Shown one piece after another: positions 12,582 through 24,837 of a DNA stretch of 64,000 bases. Each line of letters begins with the position of its first letter. The stretch's first letter is position 1. The notes below the pieces were generated by a model that saw only the letters and a list, made by a program, of their open reading frames with translations, searched no databases and had not been told where the DNA came from. Position numbers and translations under genes: made by a program. This DNA comes from Vermamoeba vermiformis (lineage: Eukaryota): NCBI GenBank assembly GCA_045837725.1, contig JBEWZL010000064.1, positions 372,001-436,000 of the forward strand, given 5' to 3'.

Positions 12582-15093
12582 TTAGTATTTGAGACTATAA
12601 GCTTCAGCTAAGATTTGTACTGGATGTTTTGTTTTAATCTTGTCGCGCGGCAATGAAGGCTCAATGTTCGTCATGCCTTGCTTAATATGATCGACTGCTA
12701 ACGGGCAATCCGAAGCCACGATATGCTCTTGCGACTCGTTCTCTACAAAACGGAAAGAATTTCAGTTTTAATGGAATCGCGCAAGACGAAATTCATCTTG
12801 AGTAGTTAGTTACCTCTCTCTTTAAAATTTCTGACTGCATTTCTAAATACTGGCTTTCCTACTTTCATGGCAACTTCATGGCCCTCCTACAACATTTTCA
12901 GCACCCGGATGCGTTTTTACTTGGAAAATTGGCCTACCTTATCAACACCAAAAGATCCGCCGTGGCCTGAGCATCGTTCGACAGATGAGATTTTCAAGTC
13001 AGGTATCATTTGTAACAGCTCTTGCGACTTAAATCCAACAGCTTGCGCTCGAGAATGGCAACTATGATGCAGCGTAACGGATCCCGTGTGATTCTTAATT
13101 GGCAACAGACCATGCTCTTTAGACAGCTTAACGACATATTCTGAAGCATCGTACGTATTTTTGGCAACTTTTTGAACCAACTAACAAAATATTAGTAATG
13201 GATTTGAGATCCTGATGTGATGGCGTACCGAGTTGTCGGGCATTAACAGAGGCCATTCTTTCTTCAACATTAATGCACATGAGGCTACTGGAGCAACAAT
13301 ATCGTATCCTTCATCGATGTATTTGCTCAATACTGCAGTCACTTTGACCGCTTGTTGCATGGTCTCTTTCACTTTGCCTTGCTCGAACTGCGGCATGCCA
13401 CAACAGCCCGGGTACTTCGCTTTAACTTCGACTCCATTGTGCAATAACACTGCTCGTAGTGCTATCACAAATCATTATTAGTCGAGGGATGAAAAGTCTC
13501 CGTATTGACACGTGTCAAAGTGCAAGTTCACGTGTCAAAATCTGGCTTGTACGTACCGTGACCAATCTCAGGCTTATTATAATTAACTAGACATGTCGTG
13601 TACATCAATACTTTGCGCTTTTGATACGCTTTGCCTTCAGTATTCACGGGCACAGGGGTTGTTTTGACCTTGTTCATGAATGTTTCTCCCTTCGGCACGT
13701 AATTGGGTAATTCCGCCTTAGGATGGACTCCTTGTATTGCAATAATTAATATTAATAAGAGTCTATTATATACTTATATATGTTGCATACCTGCAATGTA
13801 ATGTAATGCTCGTCTAAAAATGGACGGATGTTCTTCGTTTGTTTTCAACATCCAGTTAACTAATTTGGAAAATCTTGAAGCCAATGGACCAACAAGATCA
13901 ACATTAGTATATAGTGCATGCGTGATACCTAGCAAAAAATATTTGTAAGGATTTCTACATTAACCAACAAAAAAATTGTTTCTATTTCCTAATTAGGTAA
14001 TACTTACTTTCGGCCTGGACTTCTAATTTTCTCGAGACATCTTTTTCCACGTGCGTTGAACTCTTATCAACGGTCTGACTAATTCTACTGCCTGAAATTT
14101 CATCAACGCTGTACTTCTCGGGCTTCTTCAATGTCACGCCAGCCACATTGCTATTCATATTCTCGACTGCTCGGTAGCGCAGCATTAAGTGCGGAAAATC
14201 TATGTTCAGCGTGTGCGGCGGTACGTAAGGACATTTGCTCATGAAACACAAGTCACACATGGTGCACTTGTCGACGACTTGCTATATAATAACATTACGT
14301 TAGTAATATTCATACATTTTATCTTGCAACGTTAAAATGAAGCGAAATCATGCGTGATTTGACGGATGCAGATTCTGGATCGAGCGAAAAATTACCTTAA
14401 ATGAAGAGCTAGGCACACTATCAAGTTCTCCAGTCTTACTATTATCGACTAAATCAAATAGGGTTGGAAAAGAGTCGCACAATGAATAGCATAAGCGACA
14501 TCCATGACACACGTCGAAGACACGACGCATTTCCTGTTTAGAAAAGTCATTTAGCATATAGTTCCATAATTATAGTTATTTTACATATTTTGAACGCCAA
14601 ACTTACGAGTTCTAATTTTTCCTGATTGTAAAAATCCGGATCAGACCACGGCAGAGGATACCGGAATGTTCCCTTGTGCGCTTCACCTATAATTAATATT
14701 AGCTAATTATTTTGTAACGCAAATCGCTTCTGACTTACCGTATTTGTTCGCCGCTTCGGATGCGAGATTTGGATCGGTTTGTTGCTTCGTTACTTTACTG
14801 TTGCATGGTGAAAATTGGATAGAAGATGTATTATATGATTTTTTAATAACATTTTGGGCCTTGTGAGATACGGCGGGTTGAGTGACGCGAGATCGCGAGA
14901 TTCTTAATATTGTCTGTTGAACAATTAAATAAATAAATTAGCTACTATGTGGAGGAGGGTAAAAATGGTATTTATAATAATTTTTGGTATTATTGAGTTG
15001 AAAGAAAAATTAATACGCGGGTGCAAAAGATTTCTTTGGATTCACAAATATTCAGCCCTTAAAACATACCCTTCTTGCAATATTATTCAGCAT
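12582..15093 (-). CDS. Bacterial-type Fe-S oxidoreductase (GlpC/HdrD-like: 2x[4Fe-4S] + CCG domains) with predicted mitochondrial presequence, multi-exon
   Basis: EMRRVFDVCHGCRLCYSLCDSFP, CTMCDLCFMSKCPYVPPH, YPGCCGMP, PVASCALMLK, HHSCHSRAQ, ERCSGHGGSFGV, VASDCPLA, HPVQILAEAY; spliced N-terminus MLNNIARR-TILRISRSRVTQ is Arg-rich with no acidic residues. Confidence 0.85.
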
Positions 15094-15155
15094 TGTGCCT
15101 CTAAGTTCAAAAATAAGTCAACAATAACTTAGAGCGCGAAAAAAGATTTGTCATT

Positions 15156-15515
15156 TCACGCCCTGAGAAAAGACGGATAGCGTAACGACATCAAGCGAGG
15201 AATATGCCTCGCAATCTGTGAAAGAGCCCTAGGATATACAATCTCATACACAAGGATACCAAACGACCAGACATCTGTAACGTAAGTTTGAGTTAGTTCG
15301 TACGTACCTGATTTGGTAGAGAGTGTTTGTTTGTTCGTCAACGATTCTGGCGCCATCAACCTGATCGGACCGAGCTCCGATTGCGTTGCTCCCTGTTGAT
15401 TTTGTTCTTCGATCAATCGTGACATGCCAAAGTCAGTTAACTTGGGCTCATTGTGCCTCAACAACACGTTTCTCGCAGCAACATCGCGATGCACCATGTT
15501 ATGTATCAGGTGCAC
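15156..15515 (-). pseudogene. Tyrosine-kinase-like catalytic-domain fragment
   Basis: HRDVAARNVLL, DFGMSR, GPIRLMAPES, DVWSFG present; no room for an N-lobe (serinc stop lies about 120 nt upstream) and the C-lobe degenerates. Confidence 0.65.
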
Positions 15516-15638
15516 GAGGAGTATAGTGAATGTGATGTTTATATACTACTGCAATAAGGTCTAAAAAAATCTGTACAGTCTAATGTGTTACCGAATAACA
15601 GGACGTCATGAGCCAATTGAATAAAATTGTCTGGATTT

Positions 15639-17509
15639 TTAACTCCAGTCTCTGTCGGGCAAGACAATAGGCGCGATGAGGGTCCAGAAGTACAACAAAA
15701 TGACGAGCCAGCTAGAGATCATCTTGACCCACACACTGAACATGCCTTGATCCACGGAGATGTGCCTATAATTGAAACAGTATTAATAACTGTACGAAAG
15801 TTCAGATGTGTTGTGCACGAGCGGATCTTCAGCGGTGGATCGAGCACTTACTTGGAGTCTTCAGCGCCGGAAATGGTCTGCCAGTTAGTCAACACGAGGC
15901 CCAAGTACATGGCAGCCATGGCGAAGGTCAAGTGGAAGAAGGTGTAGTTGTACGCGGTGGTTTCTTTCTCGTCGTCAGCGTCAACGTCCTCTTCTTCGCT
16001 GCTCTCTTCAGCCTCCTCGTGCTTCTCTTCAATGAGCTGTTTCTTCTCGTCGTCGATCTGAGACTCGTGGTACTTCTTTTGGTCCTTAATGGCCTTTTCA
16101 ATGTCCTTCTTCTCGCCCATAACCGACGAGCTGGACATGCGCAGGGCGGAGTAGACGACCGCAACGAACGTGAACACGACGCCCAAGAAGATTGAAAGGT
16201 CGGAGCCTGCGCCTTCAGTGAACTGGAATGGAGCACAGCCCATATCACGAGGCTCGCTAATAAGAGTAATATTAGAATCGTGTTCTGGATCCTCGCATCC
16301 GATCTACTTCGAGCCTCGAGTGCATTGTTGTATGTTATATATAAGAGCTATAATTACCTCATAATAGCGCTGTAGACCAAGTACATGGAGTACGCAGAGA
16401 CCATGCTCGATTGGAACAAGCCAGCACGAGGATTGTTCTCGTGGATCTTGGGGCTAACCGACATCAAGCTGCAGAAAATGACAGCGATCAAATTGACGGT
16501 GATGAATGCGGTGTTGACGGAGCAGCCCTCGCCTTTAGTGCTCAAAATATACAATGCGATAGCAATGCCCAGAGCTGCGAGGAAGAACAAGATGGATGTG
16601 CCGAGCAACAACACGGCGTAGACACGTGACTCGGTCTCTTGGTACTTGGCCATCCATCGGTCAGCCCAAGCATGAGCCATATCGACCAACAAAGTGAGCT
16701 GGATCAAGATGAAAATAGCAGCACCGAAGAGCGAAATCCAAGCTGAAATAAGGTTCTTAATTAGAAATACTACTATTGAATGTCGATCGCGTTATTTAAA
16801 ATAATTACTACAATATCAAATTAAAAATAAGGAGGCTATGATAAATAGCGGATCGAAGATTGCATGAGTTTGCAAGAGGTCATACCGAAAGGAATGAAGG
16901 TTGCGTTAGGAATAAAGAACGCAGCAACCATAATGCCGATAATAGCGAGGAACTTGATGCCCCACCATCCGTTTTGAATAAATCCGCGAGGATCTTTGTT
17001 GGATTTCGCACCAATAAGAGTCAAAGCAAGCAAGATATGGAAAACCTGTTATATAATAAATTATTAATCATATTACGGCTTAGAGTAATGCCAATAATTT
17101 CCTATACGGCGAATAAATTATTTTTTCATATTTATGAAAAAACGAAATAATTACCGCTAATGAGAAGGTAATTCTATAGACGGCCATAGCTCCATAACAT
17201 TTTTCTTCAGGGCAGGTTTGAAGGACTAACAAATTTAATTGTCAGAATAAAATTATTATTTAAATTAATATTTCAGCTGATCTTGCCTGGAATTTTGCTT
17301 AGCCATGCATTATTCTCGACCCAATATGGTAAGTTACTTAATAACCACGCGATGAATGCAAAAATAAGCAATTGCAAAGCATAAGCGAATCTGGTCGCGA
17401 TCGACTTTTTGCACGAGACAGTGCTGCCAAAACAACGGCAGAGCTGGCCTACGCAGCATGAAAATGCTTGCATAGCACAGCAACTAGCACAACTGAGACC
17501 AAGACCCAT
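15639..17509 (-). CDS. SERINC: Serine incorporator (Serinc/TDE/Tms1) membrane protein, multi-exon
   Basis: Cys-rich N-terminus, [83 protein letters not shown]. Confidence 0.93.
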
Positions 17510-17781
17510 TGTATTTGATTAAGGTACTGAGCTGTGGTCGTCTCTTCAATAACGCTTGAAAAAATACTAAACTCACTTACAGGATGAAAACTCTTTAGAA
17601 CCTCGCAAAAAAACACTATCCTAATACATATGATATATCATTATACTATTGGTCCATGATTTATGGCCTTGGGCTTCGAGTTGAAAGAGATGTAGTTCGA
17701 TCGGCACTTTGTGGCCTGCAATCTCGCGCATATTATGAATCCTCGTTTGTGATTTTAAATTTACATATATAAATAATTTAT

Positions 17782-18331
17782 TTACACAGAAGACATCTGA
17801 TTGAACTCTTGTTTTGCTATTTCCGTCAGTTTTGTTCGTTGCGTTCGGATTAGCAGTACCAGTACCGAGATTGTGAGCGCAAAGTCGAGGGATACGAATA
17901 TAATTACTGATACTACTAAGTCATATGTAAAAGAATGATGGCCAGTGTTATTGTAGTTCGGATCGTCGAATTTTGAAACTTCGCCAATTAGCATAAACCA
18001 TCCAATGAATTCTATAAATCCAATAATCGATACTCCTATTAACGGAATTAATATTAACGCTATTTATACCGCTTGGAAATTCGTTTGTGAATTTTGAAAT
18101 TTTATTTTCTTTCTGAAATTTTGGATCTTACCTAAAATGCATATATTCAACACTTCTTTCCTTCCATGCACGGCAGCAACTATAACCAAGCAATCAAATA
18201 CTAATTTGAGACCGCTCACGAGTACTTCAAATCGTTCTGCTAGTCGCCAAACCGATAATGCAAATTATGAGGTTTAGTAGCAACGCTACCACCGCCACGC
18301 CAAGCAAAGCTCGCGATTTAATTTGCACCAT
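17782..18331 (-). CDS. Small multi-pass membrane protein, with an apparent frameshift near 18245
   Basis: Several hydrophobic segments across two exons with GT-AG boundaries; the reading frame changes within exon 1 (error or pseudogene). Confidence 0.35.
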
Positions 18332-18800
18332 ATATGGTGGTGGGAGTATTGGTCTTGTTCTCGCTGTATCTGAAAAATAATTCGGCGGTTCAATTAATTA
18401 ACCGTTACGAAGAAATTATCCGGACCACGTGTCTTTGGCACTGAGCGCTGTGCCCTTTTTGCTAATAGCTATTTTTGTATTTGTGCTTAAAGTTACACAC
18501 CAGTGGCTTTTTAAATGAGTACGAATAAAGAGAACCTTCGAAGAATACAACCAATTGAGCCAAAATCATAAAGACACATAAATTACGGACCATAGCAACG
18601 AAAAATAGCTCTAAAGATCGCTATAGGTGCGGTGACACAAGCGTTGTATTATTTGGAGCAGAAAGTACATCCGTGTTGGACCCAGAAGTGGGAGCCGAAG
18701 GGCAGAAAAGTGCATTGCAGCACTTAATGTAATACTACTATTGTTAAACAAGAAGTAATTAACCTGAATTCGAACAACTGAAAGGTTTAATGCGAGTCAC

Positions 18801-19995
18801 TTAGGACACATCGTTAAGTTCGTTAAAATATTCGTGCTCCAATGCCTTCCGTGCTGTTATCCTTTCATTATAATCGACGACTAACATTTTAAACAACAAG
18901 TCTTTTGCTTTCTGGTCCTCAATTATTATGCTCTCCTTATTTTCCAGAAAAGTATAGATCGATTGCGAGACAACTCTCTCTTGCTCCCCAACAAATAACG
19001 GATGTACGTTCAGCAGCTATTTTAAATATTTGTTATTAAATATAAAACGACGATTTTACAGCACAACAATGGTTGCGTACCAATTCAGCGAATATAACTC
19101 CGACGCTCCAAATGTCAATAGCAGCCCCAGCTGCTTCAGGTACTCGAGTTATTAAGGCCTCAGGAGCCATATATGATAAAGTACCCGCAGGTATTTCAAA
19201 GTCAGAAGTGTCAGGGTCGATGGCAAGCCCAAAGTCTGAGAGTAAAATATGTGGCATGCCTTCGTTCAAATACCACAAAATATTACTTGGTTTTATGTCG
19301 CGATGCACAATTTCATTTTCATGGCAGCATTCCATCGCCTGGGAATTCGACAATAATTAATGAAATTGAATTATTTAATTTTAAAATTGAACTTACTGTT
19401 AAAAGCTGCCACATGAATAGCTTCGTGTGCGCGCGAAAAATCTCCCAAGAGAATGCGTTGCATTTTGGTAACAAAATTATGCCGTGCGTGCTGCAGATTT
19501 TGTGTCCTCTGAAACCTTGCAATTTTACAATGTACGGGCAATTTTTGTTATCCAATTTAGCGTGGGCATCATGTTCGGCTGTAAATTCGTCCAGTTCGCA
19601 TATTTTAACGACAAATTCTGTTTTCGCTGGGTTGGACACGAGCAAAAGCTTCGGATGTCCAGGAATCGGCCTAATATTTGTATAATCGTCTGCGAATGAC
19701 ATATCGCGGTACTCATCCAAGTCCCTATAATATAGGTAAGCCAAAATGAATTATTCTCTATGAAATAAATTAATTTAGATCGGATAAAAAATCGTTTTTA
19801 TTTATTTTTGAACAGCAATCTCAACGCAAATGAACATACCACGGATAGTTTTTTTCTAGGTAGCTTGACAACAAGATTTGACTTTGTTTGGGGATTTAAA
19901 AATATAAATTTATTTCGGCGGCATTCTCTTACTATTGGTTATTATATTGTGGTTTTAGCTTTTCTTACCTTGCGTTTATTTTTTATTGTGGCCAT
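18801..19995 (-). CDS. Ser/Thr protein kinase, multi-exon; 5' end uncertain
   Basis: FVVKI, IVHRDIKPSNIL, SDFGLA, GTLSYMAPE, DIWSVGVIFAEL, AKDLLFKML...RITARKALEHEYF; 5' exons run into a degenerate duplicated segment. Confidence 0.8.
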
Positions 19996-20670
19996 GGGTT
20001 TGTGGTTATGGTATTACATTATAAATCGAACAACACGACACGGTCGGATTATTTTATTTTGCCTGTACACAAGAAGACGAATATCCGATAATAATAATCA
20101 TCAAGGTACGTAGACGTGGCTTCACCTATCAAGCTCAATGAAAAAAAGAGCTTATCCGACTTAAAATTTCTTACGGCAAAGTAGCTGAAAATCGGCTGAC
20201 CAAATAAAGTCGCTGAAAACGAATGACCAAGACTCGGTTTGAAGGGAGCCATAGTGTTGCCTCGTTGTTCGCCGAGAACACTAACGTTTTTATGAAAATC
20301 TGAAGCTAACACGCATGTCTCCGACCTAAAATAACAGGCGTTTAGCGTTCGTTCAAAGCATGGATCCGCAATCTCAACTTAATCTCGTGCAGGAACTTCC
20401 GCATCATTACGTATAATGAGAAAAGACGATATTGATGGGACGTTTGAATTCGTGGAAGTAAACAACCCCAATTCAAACACTTACTCAAGTCTCCTTAGAC
20501 TCGGCGGTGCCTGCAAATGAACCAATCGTCCATCCAAAACAGAAGAACCGTGAGACAATTGCCGCACCTAGAAAAAGAAAAGCTCAACTTTAATAATGAG
20601 TAAATACCTCGCTCGCGCCGGACTGCCTCGTTCCAGAATAAAAAGGGAAGGAAGTAAAATAACAAAAAAA
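19960..20670. repeat. Collinear, deletion-rich partial copy of 20918-24200 (kinase first-exon region, start of the 21062 gene, TMEM43 pieces)
   Basis: Approximate matches: 19960-20000 to 20918-20962; 20155-20235 to 20988-21077; 20236-20390 to 23201-23360; 20460-20545 to 23938-24022; 20622-20670 to 24151-24200. Confidence 0.85.
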
Positions 20671-21061
20671 TTTCGAGTTTATTAGTTAAGTGACAAAGCC
20701 GGCGCGGCGAGATCTGTCCTGCGGACTCTCTCAAACTGTAATGCCCATCAAGTAATACGTTTCCGTAATACAGTCTGTAATAGAAAGATAAAATACATCG
20801 TCAGGCCCAAGGAGGGTAGGGAGAGGGACGCCCCCCGGGCCCACGACCCGCCGGGGCGGGGGAAGGGAGGCGAGAGAGTGGGTGCGGAGAATAACTGTGT
20901 CGTTTAGAAACGGTGTCTTTTTCTTACCTTGTGTTTCTTTTTTATCGTGGCCATGGGTTTGCAAAGTTGCAGAGCGAGTTATTTATTGCCGACTTAAAAT
21001 TTCTTACGGCACACTGAGTAGCTGAAAATTGGCTGAATTCAAACTTAAAATCACTAAACGA

Positions 21062-22748
21062 ATGGCGACCAAGACTCCGCCTAAAGAACACCAAGCACTA
21101 TATGACGAGGCTGTAGCGAATAGCAAAGCCTCGAGGCCGGTTGTTGACAAGAATATTCCAGCGGACTTCGGAGCACCTAACGGAACTCCCGTTACTAATA
21201 AAGATGTAATATTGCCTGATATCGACAGGATATTCGGTAGAAATAAGCCTCCAGGTAATACTTTCATTTTAAAAATTATTGTTGATTTTTTAAAATTTAA
21301 AATCAAAACTCCGCGCTACATCCGTGACACTTGGCTTTCAAATCTTTTCATTTAACCTTAAAAATATTAACCAATTACTTAGCTATTGAATATATATTTG
21401 TTGAGCCGTATGCAAGCTGGCAGTTTTGGAAATGGGGATTGACAGGCAATTATTATGGCCAGTAAGTCGATTTGCAAATCTTTTTTAGCGCATCTTTTTA
21501 ACAATATTTTTAGTGCCGCTGTGCGTTATACTTTGCCGAATGGTGAATCAAAAGTTATGAATATTACAGGACTGCCGGATGGCGTAAGCAAAAAAATTCT
21601 TACTGTAATCCTTCGTATTGACCTGATTTATTTCCAAATTAGGAAATGGTACATTTTCTATCGCCTGAAGAATATTTGTTCGGAACCAAAGAGTTTGATA
21701 ATGGTGCTGAACAAGGAGGAATTTATAATCGAAATATTGTAAGTCTAAGAACATTAGCAATAGCGATCTATTTATATTAATATATATACTTGCAAAGGTT
21801 TCTGTGCGCGTTGAAGAATACCCGCCTGAAAAAATCGAAGACTTAGATTATTATTACAAAAAACTGGCGCGAAGAGATAAAGAAAAAGTCGCCAAATTCT
21901 CGCTCCTATTCTCACCGATATACGTAAGTCATATGTCCTTTTGTATACAACACTATTTACTTAATTTGGCATTAGAATCGAATTTCTAGGTGGATGCCGG
22001 TCTCTATGGCTGAACGAGGAAATTGCGCTAGATGGACTAGCATGGGCTTAGTCGAAGTACGTAGATCAATTATAATACCTCACGATACTAATTTAGAATA
22101 CTATAGGCTGGACTGTTAAATAATCCGTCAATGTGGCCTAAAAATATTTGGGTCGAGATTTTTGAGAAGAACGGAACCAAGGACAAAAATAACGTGCACG
22201 TGGTGTCATATAGACGAGTTAAACACGCTAATCATATATAGTACGTCTATAATTATATCATCTTATAATATTAACTGATTGTTTAGCGGCACGAATGCTG
22301 CAATCGCATCCGAAGTTAAACCGTTCCAACCATTGACGAATGTACGTAGCAATTAAACGTTGTAAATAATACTAATAATCTGAATATAGTTCCTGTATTA
22401 TAATTTAGAGCGATTTGCAAATAGCATTGTCGGTAAGTAACAGGCTGAAATTGCCTAAAAAGGAAATGTACTTAAATCGTTCGTCCAACAGAGGTGCCCG
22501 AAGGCGACACTAGAGCGGAACTTAAAGTGATAGAAAATCCAATCGAGCCCTCGTGGTATCGATATCATAGGAGATTACTGTCGTGTTTGTCAATTGCCAC
22601 GTTATTTTTCGGATGGCGAGGGTACTCACGGTGGAAGGCTGGAACGTTGTTCAAATGGAACAAACCACGTGTATTTACTAGGAGATATCGAACTAAAACC
22701 ACTACAACGCCTTCAAATAATCAACAAGCATCATCATCGAACAAATAA
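21062..22748 (+). CDS. Uncharacterised protein with possible permuted papain-like (His before Cys) fold and C-terminal membrane anchor, multi-exon
   Basis: Spliced product contains YYGHAAVRY and ERGNCARWTSMGL, then a hydrophobic LLSCLSIATLFFGW with basic tail; GT-AG introns keep the frame. Confidence 0.55.
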
Positions 22749-22834
22749 AAGCGCAAAAAGCAAGATCCAAAAAAAACAATTAATTTATTTCGATTTATTC
22801 CAAAAATTCAATTCCGTATTATTATTATATTTTC

Positions 22835-24413
22835 TTATTTAACTCTAGAGTTCAATTGAGAACTAATGTACATGATACCGATGCCCAAAGAGACCAACAA
22901 CAACGCCTTCATAGGTCGGTAGAACAACCAAGCGACAGCAATGGTGATCAAGCTGAGGAATGAAGCCAAGCCGAATGCAATGAAGCCAGAGACTGAGCCC
23001 GCAATATCGGACAAAAATGGCAACACATCCAGAACTGCGAGAATAGGACCGCCAACCATGAGCATACCGACCAACATGAGCAACCAGCCTAAGAATCGCA
23101 AGACCCAAGTCATAGCGCTGTTTGAAGATGCTTCGGCGGCAAAGAGATCATTAGCTGATTGAATGCCTCGCGATAAGACGAAAATACTGTCGCCGGATGC
23201 GGTTTTGAAGGGAGCCACAGTGTTGCCTCGCTGTTCACCAAGAACACTAACGGGTTGGTTATTGACAAATCTGAAGCTAACGCGCATGTCTCCGACCTAA
23301 AATAACAGGCGTTTAGCATTCGTTCAATAGCGTGGGATCCGCAATCTCAAATTAATCTCGTTATTCTTATATTTTGCTTTAGTACTTACTTGAGGGTTCA
23401 TAGCGTCGCCGCCGATGTAAATGTAATCACCGTGGATGTAGTATCTGTTCATGAGATGAGGAGGCAAGCGCAAGAAGTGAGGTCTCTGAGGATCCAATTT
23501 CATGGTCTCCCAGTTGTCGAGTCTCTCAACCAATTGAGAAGGGAGTGAATATGAACCCAAAGAAACGATCTTTGCTGTCCATGACTCGGATTTCATCGGA
23601 ATAGCTTCCGCATCAGGGTTTTTATGCTCTTCAGCTCGCTTGAAACGTTTGGAGTCTTGGAGGCTCTCGGACCAATCTTTCTTATAGGTGTAAGTAGTCT
23701 TAGTATCAGAGCTTCCGCCAGTGTTGCGAGTAGTTTCTGAGCGAGAGGACTCGTTCCATTGGTAAACTTCAACTTTTCTGGCGAATCTGAGAGCAGGAAT
23801 CGAAATTCCGCAGTCATTATCGGCTATAAGCGAATATTAATACCATTGTATGGAGAATCAAAGGCAGAATCTCGATCAGAATTGTTTCAAAAAAAATTTT
23901 GGATGTGACCGTTTTTGGAATTCGTGCTAGACAGTAAATCAACCCCAATTCAAACACTTACTCAAAGTCTCCTTAGACTCGGCGGTGCCTTGCAAATGAA
24001 CCAATCGTCCATCCAAAACAGGGCTAACTTGGCGTGAATCCGTCGAGACAACTTTGCTCGCACCTTTAGAAAAAGTAAATTAAGGCCCAATTAATTTTAA
24101 TAATTGCGTAAAATATACCTTCGCTCAATGCTTGAGTACGACGAACGGATCTGCCTTCGTTCCAGAATAAACAAGGGAAAGGAAGTAAGAATAACAAGAA
24201 ACCGATCGAGGCTCCAACCATGGATCCGCCAATCTTCGACAAATAGCCTTGATGGCTGTACTCTACATATTCATCTTCTTCGTGGTCGTGATGATGGTGG
24301 TCATGGTAGTGATTGTGACCGTGATGATGGTGTCTTTCTGGCGGCGCGGATGCAGCCACGTAAATGACTGCTGCACAGAGCAATAATACTACTACGAGAC
24401 TTGTTGCTTTCAT
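22835..24413 (-). CDS. TMEM43: TMEM43/LUMA (DUF1625) membrane protein with N-terminal signal peptide and His-rich tract, 4 exons
   Basis: LFWNEGRSVRRTQALSEG, DGRLVHLQG, RKVEVYQWNE, GDMRVSF, VSVLGEQ, TWVLRFLGWLLM, IAVAWLFYRP. Confidence 0.9.
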
Positions 24414-24837
24414 ATTGAGTTTGAATTGAATTTTAAAACCGATTGTTTGATTTTTATTTTAGGCTGGGCCCAAGAATTCAAGAAGAACACGTCACGCGAA
24501 AAAAAGTTAAGGAATTCACCTGTTTACGCACGAATTTTATTATGACTTATCACAGTATGTTCCGTTCTTCGAATGAGATCAATCAAGAATAGTTTCGTAA
24601 AAATACGCATAGATTCGCATCTCGCGTGGTCCAGTTTCTGTCTAACGCATGTGCCTATAATTATATTAATATTTACGTATAAAATAGTATAATGAGCATG
24701 CTCTTTAGTGCTAGCATTTAATTCAGGAGGTAGGATTTTTTCTTATTGTTTCGCGCGTTTTTTCACCTCCTGATTTAAATTATTATTTTTGAGATAAATG
24801 CAACAATAGATTGTCTAATATACAAGACCGATCCAAT

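Noticed and set aside
8110-15093. Bacterial contamination as the source of the prokaryote-like genes
   Set aside because: All three genes carry multiple spliceosomal introns with the same signals as neighbouring host genes.
20803-20890. G-rich stretch as a G-quadruplex or mobile-element end
   Set aside because: No TIR or TSD, and it abuts a segment that looks like low-quality sequence.
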